A stretch of 64,000 bases of DNA from positions 12,623 through 76,622 of the forward strand of contig JAZRWB010000061.1 of NCBI GenBank assembly GCA_045599445.1, given 5' to 3'. Numbering within the stretch: the first letter of the stretch is position 1; every line of letters begins with the position of its first letter. Made by a program: the position numbers and the translations under genes. Below the pieces are notes generated by a model. The model did no database searches. It saw nothing but the letters and a program-made list of their open reading frames with translations, and was not told the DNA's origin. Source of the DNA: Kiritimatiellia bacterium (GTDB taxonomy: Bacteria > Verrucomicrobiota > Kiritimatiellia > RFP12 > UBA1067). Of this stretch, positions 60,349 to 64,000 are shown piece after piece.

Positions 60349-61320
60349 ATGGACAATATCATCCTCCCCGCTACCGCCAACGGTAGCATGAAGCCCGGCG
60401 AGATCTATCTCGCGAACGAGGGCGCAGTCAACAACCAGTTCCTCTCGGAGGCTCTGACGCAGTACTCCGTCGGCTGGAAGTCCCCCAGCGGTGTGCTCGA
60501 GGCGCTCCTCAAGCTCATCTTCGGCGAGCCGATCGTCGTCGGCAAGTCGTTCCAGTTCTCGAAGGCCGACGACAAGGCGTCGTTCTACGCCTGCGAAAGC
60601 GACGAGGACGTCCGCGCGATCGGAGCCGACTTCAAGCGCGTCAACTGGGGCAGCACGAAGGTCGACAGCCACACGCTCTCGAAGGGTCTCACGACTCGCA
60701 TCGATCGCGACAAGCTGAACGACGACCCGGAAGCCGAGCAGAAGGCCATCTCCGCGCTCCGCACGTTCCTGATGCGCGCCGACATCCTTCGCGGTCTCAA
60801 CGCGCTCTCGTCGAACGCGACGAACGCCGCGAAGACCTGGGGCACGGGCGACAACAAGGCCGACGCCGACGCGGACGTGATCGGAATGCTCATCACCGCC
60901 GCCAAGGCCGCCGGACTCAAGCCCAATCAGGTGCTCTACGGCATCACCGCGTACCAGAAGCGCTTCCTCACGCTTCGCGACGCGAACAACACCGCGGTCG
61001 CCGGTTCCGCGACGCTCGCCAACGAGCAGCTCGCCGGACTCTTCGGCGTCAAGACCGTCAGCCAGGTGGAGCAGATCTACCAGAGCGGCGCGTCCAAGGC
61101 GGCGATGATCGACAACCTGGTGCTCGGCTACAACGTGCAGCAGTCCGGGCTCGACGAGGATCCGTCGAACATCAAGCTCTTCATCACGAAGATGGGCGGC
61201 GGCAGCGAGTACGCCGTCTTCCGCGAGGAGCACGGTGCGTTCGTCGACCTCACGGTCGCCCACCAGAGCCGCGCGGTCGTGACCTCGACCACCGGCATCG
61301 GCAAGCTTACGATCTCGTAA
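60349..61320 (+). CDS. Mu gpT-like major head subunit
   Basis: 323 aa. Pattern and position after protease/scaffold are consistent with Mu-like_gpT. Confidence 0.7.
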   Translation: MDNIILPATANGSMKPGEIYLANEGAVNNQFLSEALTQYSVGWKSPSGVLEALLKLIFGEPIVVGKSFQFSKADDKASFYACESDEDVRAIGADFKRVNWGSTKVDSHTLSKGLTTRIDRDKLNDDPEAEQKAISALRTFLMRADILRGLNALSSNATNAAKTWGTGDNKADADADVIGMLITAAKAAGLKPNQVLYGITAYQKRFLTLRDANNTAVAGSATLANEQLAGLFGVKTVSQVEQIYQSGASKAAMIDNLVLGYNVQQSGLDEDPSNIKLFITKMGGGSEYAVFREEHGAFVDLTVAHQSRAVVTSTTGIGKLTIS

Positions 61321-61412
61321 CGCTTAAGGTGCGCTGGAGCGGGCTTTACCATTGTTCCCCGCTCCAGCCACCTCCTAACTACAACTACAACTCCAACTAC
61401 AACTAAATCACC

Positions 61413-61847
61413 ATGTGGCGCAAACTTACCGAAGAAGATCTGATTGCCGCGCTCTCGCGCCGTGAAGTCGAAGCGTTTCGTCGCGACTTCGAGGTCGACA
61501 CGATTCCCCAGCTGCTCTCGCAGACCTCGGCCATGGTTCGCGGCTACATTCGCAACAACGGCAACGTCCGCATGTCGCCGGAAGACGGCACGATTCCCGA
61601 AAGCTGCGTCGGTCCCGCGATCGATTACGTCGTCATCTCCATCTTGAAGCGCATCGCGCTCGAACCGACCGAGGCCCGCTCCAAGGCCCGCGACGCCGCC
61701 ATCACCTTCTTCCGCGACATCGCCTCCGGCCACAACAACCCCGAATCCTATCTCGCGGACGAATCCGCCCCGACCGGCGGCTCCTGCGCCGTCGTCATCC
61801 AGAACTCCCGCACCCGCGTCTCCTCCCGCAAACTCGAAGGCCTGTAA
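61413..61847 (+). CDS. Mu gp36-like (DUF1320) head-tail connector protein
   Basis: 144 aa. MWRKLTEEDLIAALSRREVEAF... matches DUF1320 in layout and position. Confidence 0.5.
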   Translation: MWRKLTEEDLIAALSRREVEAFRRDFEVDTIPQLLSQTSAMVRGYIRNNGNVRMSPEDGTIPESCVGPAIDYVVISILKRIALEPTEARSKARDAAITFFRDIASGHNNPESYLADESAPTGGSCAVVIQNSRTRVSSRKLEGL

Positions 61848-62392
61848 TGCGCATCACCCGCGTCATAGTTCCTCGCGACCTCATCCCCGCCGACCGTCTC
61901 TGCGCGGAGAAGGCCGCGTTGCGCGTGACCGACCTCGTTATCAAGCATCTGCGCAAGAAAAACTTCGCCACCAAGCCGAATCCCTTTGGGATGCCCAAGT
62001 CCAACTACTATGCCGACGCGGCCGATACCGCCAAATACGAAGTCCACACCAAATCATTCGTCGTCTCCGTCGGCACCGACTCTACCGAGCGTAACGCGCC
62101 CGGTCGCGGACTCGCCCTCCACTACGAGGGCGGCACCATCTACCCTCGCAAAAAATCACTCGCCATGCCGATCGATCCGATCGTTGCTGGCATCTGGCCG
62201 AGCGAATACACCCAAGCGGGTCACAAACTTTTCAAAACTCCTGGCGGCGCGCTTGGCGACAGCGAGACGGGTAAGATTCTCTACATCCTTCTGCCGCGCG
62301 CAACCATCCCCGCCGATCCGTCGGTTCTGCCGACCGACGAGGAAATCGCCAATGCCGCAACTCTTGGACTCGGGGAGGCGACCGCAGTATGA
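61847..62392 (+). CDS. Phage virion morphogenesis protein (Mu gp37/K-like)
   Basis: 181 aa, ATGA-coupled to the upstream gene. Assignment is by position only. Confidence 0.35.
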   Translation: MRITRVIVPRDLIPADRLCAEKAALRVTDLVIKHLRKKNFATKPNPFGMPKSNYYADAADTAKYEVHTKSFVVSVGTDSTERNAPGRGLALHYEGGTIYPRKKSLAMPIDPIVAGIWPSEYTQAGHKLFKTPGGALGDSETGKILYILLPRATIPADPSVLPTDEEIANAATLGLGEATAV

Positions 62393-63549
62393 CCGCCGCC
62401 GACTTAATCCTCCAAAAAGCCCTAGTTGGATCGAAGATCAACTCGACCGAGTGGTCACGCATTCAAGCCGGACTTCGCGACCGTGCCTTTTTCTCTGCGA
62501 CTGTCGAAGACGTTCGCCTTCTCCATACGATGCGCGAAGCCGTCGCTCAAGTGGCAAGCCAAAAACTCGATCCTTCCGAAGCCAGACTGACGATCCGCAA
62601 AGCTTTGGATACCATAGGATATAGCGCCCCGGAAGGCAAAGAAGGATCCCTCCGGGATTTACGCACTAAAGCGAGATTGGACTTGATTATTAAAACCAAT
62701 CGCGACCAAGCGCATGGATTTCTGCAATACAAACAATTTACGACAAAATCCGCGCTTGAGGAGTTTCCCGCCTCGCGTCTCGTTCGCGTGAAATCGCGCC
62801 GTGTTCCACGCGATTGGCACGCGCGCTGGAACTCTGCCGCAGCGGCCGTCGCTTACGATGGAGTACTTCGCGCTCGCGACATGGTCGCGCTCAAGACCTC
62901 GCCTATCTGGACGGCCATCTCCCGCTTTGGCCACCCTTACCCTCCCTTCGACTTCAATTCCGGAATGGGAGTCGAAAACGTCTCGATTTCGGAAGCAATA
63001 TCCATCGGGCTCGTAAAAAAAGACGATCCTCCGCAAAAAGTCCCGGATATCGGCTTTAACGACGCTCTTGGCGCGGAAATACCCAATCTTCGCAACGACT
63101 CGCTCTGCGCGGATATTCTCCATCAGAAATTTGGCGACCAGATCTCAATAGAGAATAGCAAGGTTAATTGGCAAGGTAACTTGATTCAAGATGTCCTCGA
63201 AGGACGCATAAAACGCGCTCGTTTGGGGAAAGGATTCAACGGACAGAACCTAAGTTTGTCACATCAATTTCTTGTTGAACACGGTTCCAAACATTTAAAC
63301 CCCGAAGAACCGGGCGAGCATTTGACCAAACAGGAATTCGAGCTCTTGCCTTCTCTATGGCGAAATCCCGACCGCATACTGCCGACACGAGATCCCAACC
63401 GCTTCGAGCTCGACTTGGACACTCTGGACGGAGGATATATCTTGGCCATAATCGATCGAAGAGATGGACTGAAAAGCATTCAAAAAAAATTATCCGGGCG
63501 GGAGCATCACCTGAACTTCTCGCTCGGAGCCTCAAAGGGCTTGAGATGA
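62389..63549 (+). CDS. MuF-like minor head protein with low-GC C-terminal extension homologous to the portal's extension
   Basis: MuF-like core PRDWHARWNS...FGHPYPPFDFNSGMG. The last ~120 aa are ~48% GC and align with the portal C-terminus: HQFLVEHGSKHLNPEEPGEHLTKQEFELLPSLWRNPDRI against RHADNRHGSNGETNKGQVPLTIEDYERIPELFSNYDRI. Confidence 0.6.
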   Translation: MTAADLILQKALVGSKINSTEWSRIQAGLRDRAFFSATVEDVRLLHTMREAVAQVASQKLDPSEARLTIRKALDTIGYSAPEGKEGSLRDLRTKARLDLIIKTNRDQAHGFLQYKQFTTKSALEEFPASRLVRVKSRRVPRDWHARWNSAAAAVAYDGVLRARDMVALKTSPIWTAISRFGHPYPPFDFNSGMGVENVSISEAISIGLVKKDDPPQKVPDIGFNDALGAEIPNLRNDSLCADILHQKFGDQISIENSKVNWQGNLIQDVLEGRIKRARLGKGFNGQNLSLSHQFLVEHGSKHLNPEEPGEHLTKQEFELLPSLWRNPDRILPTRDPNRFELDLDTLDGGYILAIIDRRDGLKSIQKKLSGREHHLNFSLGASKGLR

Positions 63550-63593
63550 CCTGAACCGCTCGGATGCAAGAAGTATACAATAATTCGCTAACC

Positions 63594-64000
63594 ATGACAA
63601 TACACGAATTTCAAAACCAGTTAAAAGCGCGTTTAGCGAGCGTTCAAGCGCTCGTACAAGGCGGCTGCGTGATTCTCGCCGAAGACACCCGCGAAGTCTA
63701 CGATCGCGCCAAGCAAGCGTTGAGCGAAGGCAAAGTCGCCGTTGTCGTTACCACCCCCAAATTCACCCGCAACGGTTGCAGCCAGGGCTGCATCCCCGTC
63801 GAAGCCAATCTCGTCATTCGCTGCGTGGAGATCCCGCCGATTGCCCGCGAAGACTCTCTCACCATCCGCGCTCTTGATGCGGCCGGCATCATCGCCCACG
63901 AACTCGAAGACGAGTACATTCAATTCGAAGACATCGAACAGACCCTATCTAACGACGGCACGGTCACCGCGTCAACGACATTCTCAACCACCATTTATCT
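63594..64000 (+). CDS. Hypothetical phage protein (5' part, runs off the right edge)
   Basis: Open frame from ATG 63594 to the window end. MTIHEFQNQLKARLASVQALVQGGCVILAEDTREV... Confidence 0.4.
   Translation, partial: MTIHEFQNQLKARLASVQALVQGGCVILAEDTREVYDRAKQALSEGKVAVVVTTPKFTRNGCSQGCIPVEANLVIRCVEIPPIAREDSLTIRALDAAGIIAHELEDEYIQFEDIEQTLSNDGTVTASTTFSTTIY

Larger units (their letters stand above)
56130..64000 (+). mobile_element. Mu-like prophage head-morphogenesis module (partial, left end deleted, continues past the window)
   Basis: Plus-strand block of DUF935 portal, Mu I protease/scaffold, DUF2190, gpT major head, DUF1320 and MuF-like genes. GC is higher than the flanking DNA. No terminase, transposase or repressor lies upstream. 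The portal frame hits a stop at 56134-56136. Confidence 0.7.

Overview
High-GC (~60-65%) bacterial chromosomal window. Gene content (PATR-repeat giant surface protein, BspA-type LRR protein, many DUF4143 ATPases) tentatively suggests a PVC-group organism such as Lentisphaerae, Verrucomicrobia or Kiritimatiellae. Almost all genes from 1 to 56,200 are on the minus strand in tightly packed, often overlapping operons. In order along the minus strand these are a BspA-type LRR surface protein (partial), then an operon containing a CPBP protease, mtnN/mqnB-like, mtaD-like, coaB, djlA, plsY and a GT2 glycosyltransferase, then two paralogous lipoproteins, a 1307-aa adhesin-like protein, a DUF4105-like membrane protein and two AAA+/DUF4143 ATPases. 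Next comes a 3258-aa giant secreted protein whose 5' leader carries an inserted HigB-like toxin cassette flanked by ~40-bp direct repeats. After that are rluB, a short ThyX-like gene, cysE, an outer membrane protein, feoAB, a folK/5-FCL fusion, tcdA, nadD with a Cys-rich tail, murA, trkA, an ABC ATPase, ilvBN, a histidine kinase, an ELM1-like gene, nrnA, rpmA-rplU, prmA, a thioredoxin-like lipoprotein, gspF/pilC, thrS and purL. Two more DUF4143 ATPase loci follow, one of them a decayed tandem copy. From about 56,130 to the window end the plus strand carries the head module of a Mu-like prophage (portal, Mu I protease/scaffold, DUF2190 decoration, gpT major capsid, gp36/gp37-like, MuF-like). 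Its left end appears deleted against a truncated host gene. Two of its proteins (portal and MuF-like) carry homologous low-GC C-terminal extension domains of the 'polyvalent protein' toxin-like type, and one is followed by a low-GC candidate immunity gene. Other notable signals are a 22-bp-phased, 7-unit iteron-like array with palindromic core GTTATATAAC in a ~960-bp noncoding region, with a promoter and terminator delimiting a candidate ~320-nt RNA. An extended -10 motif (TGGTATAAT) recurs across the genome, and several instances predict leaderless mRNAs. No rRNA, tRNA or CRISPR arrays were detected by eye. All product calls are from motif recognition only.
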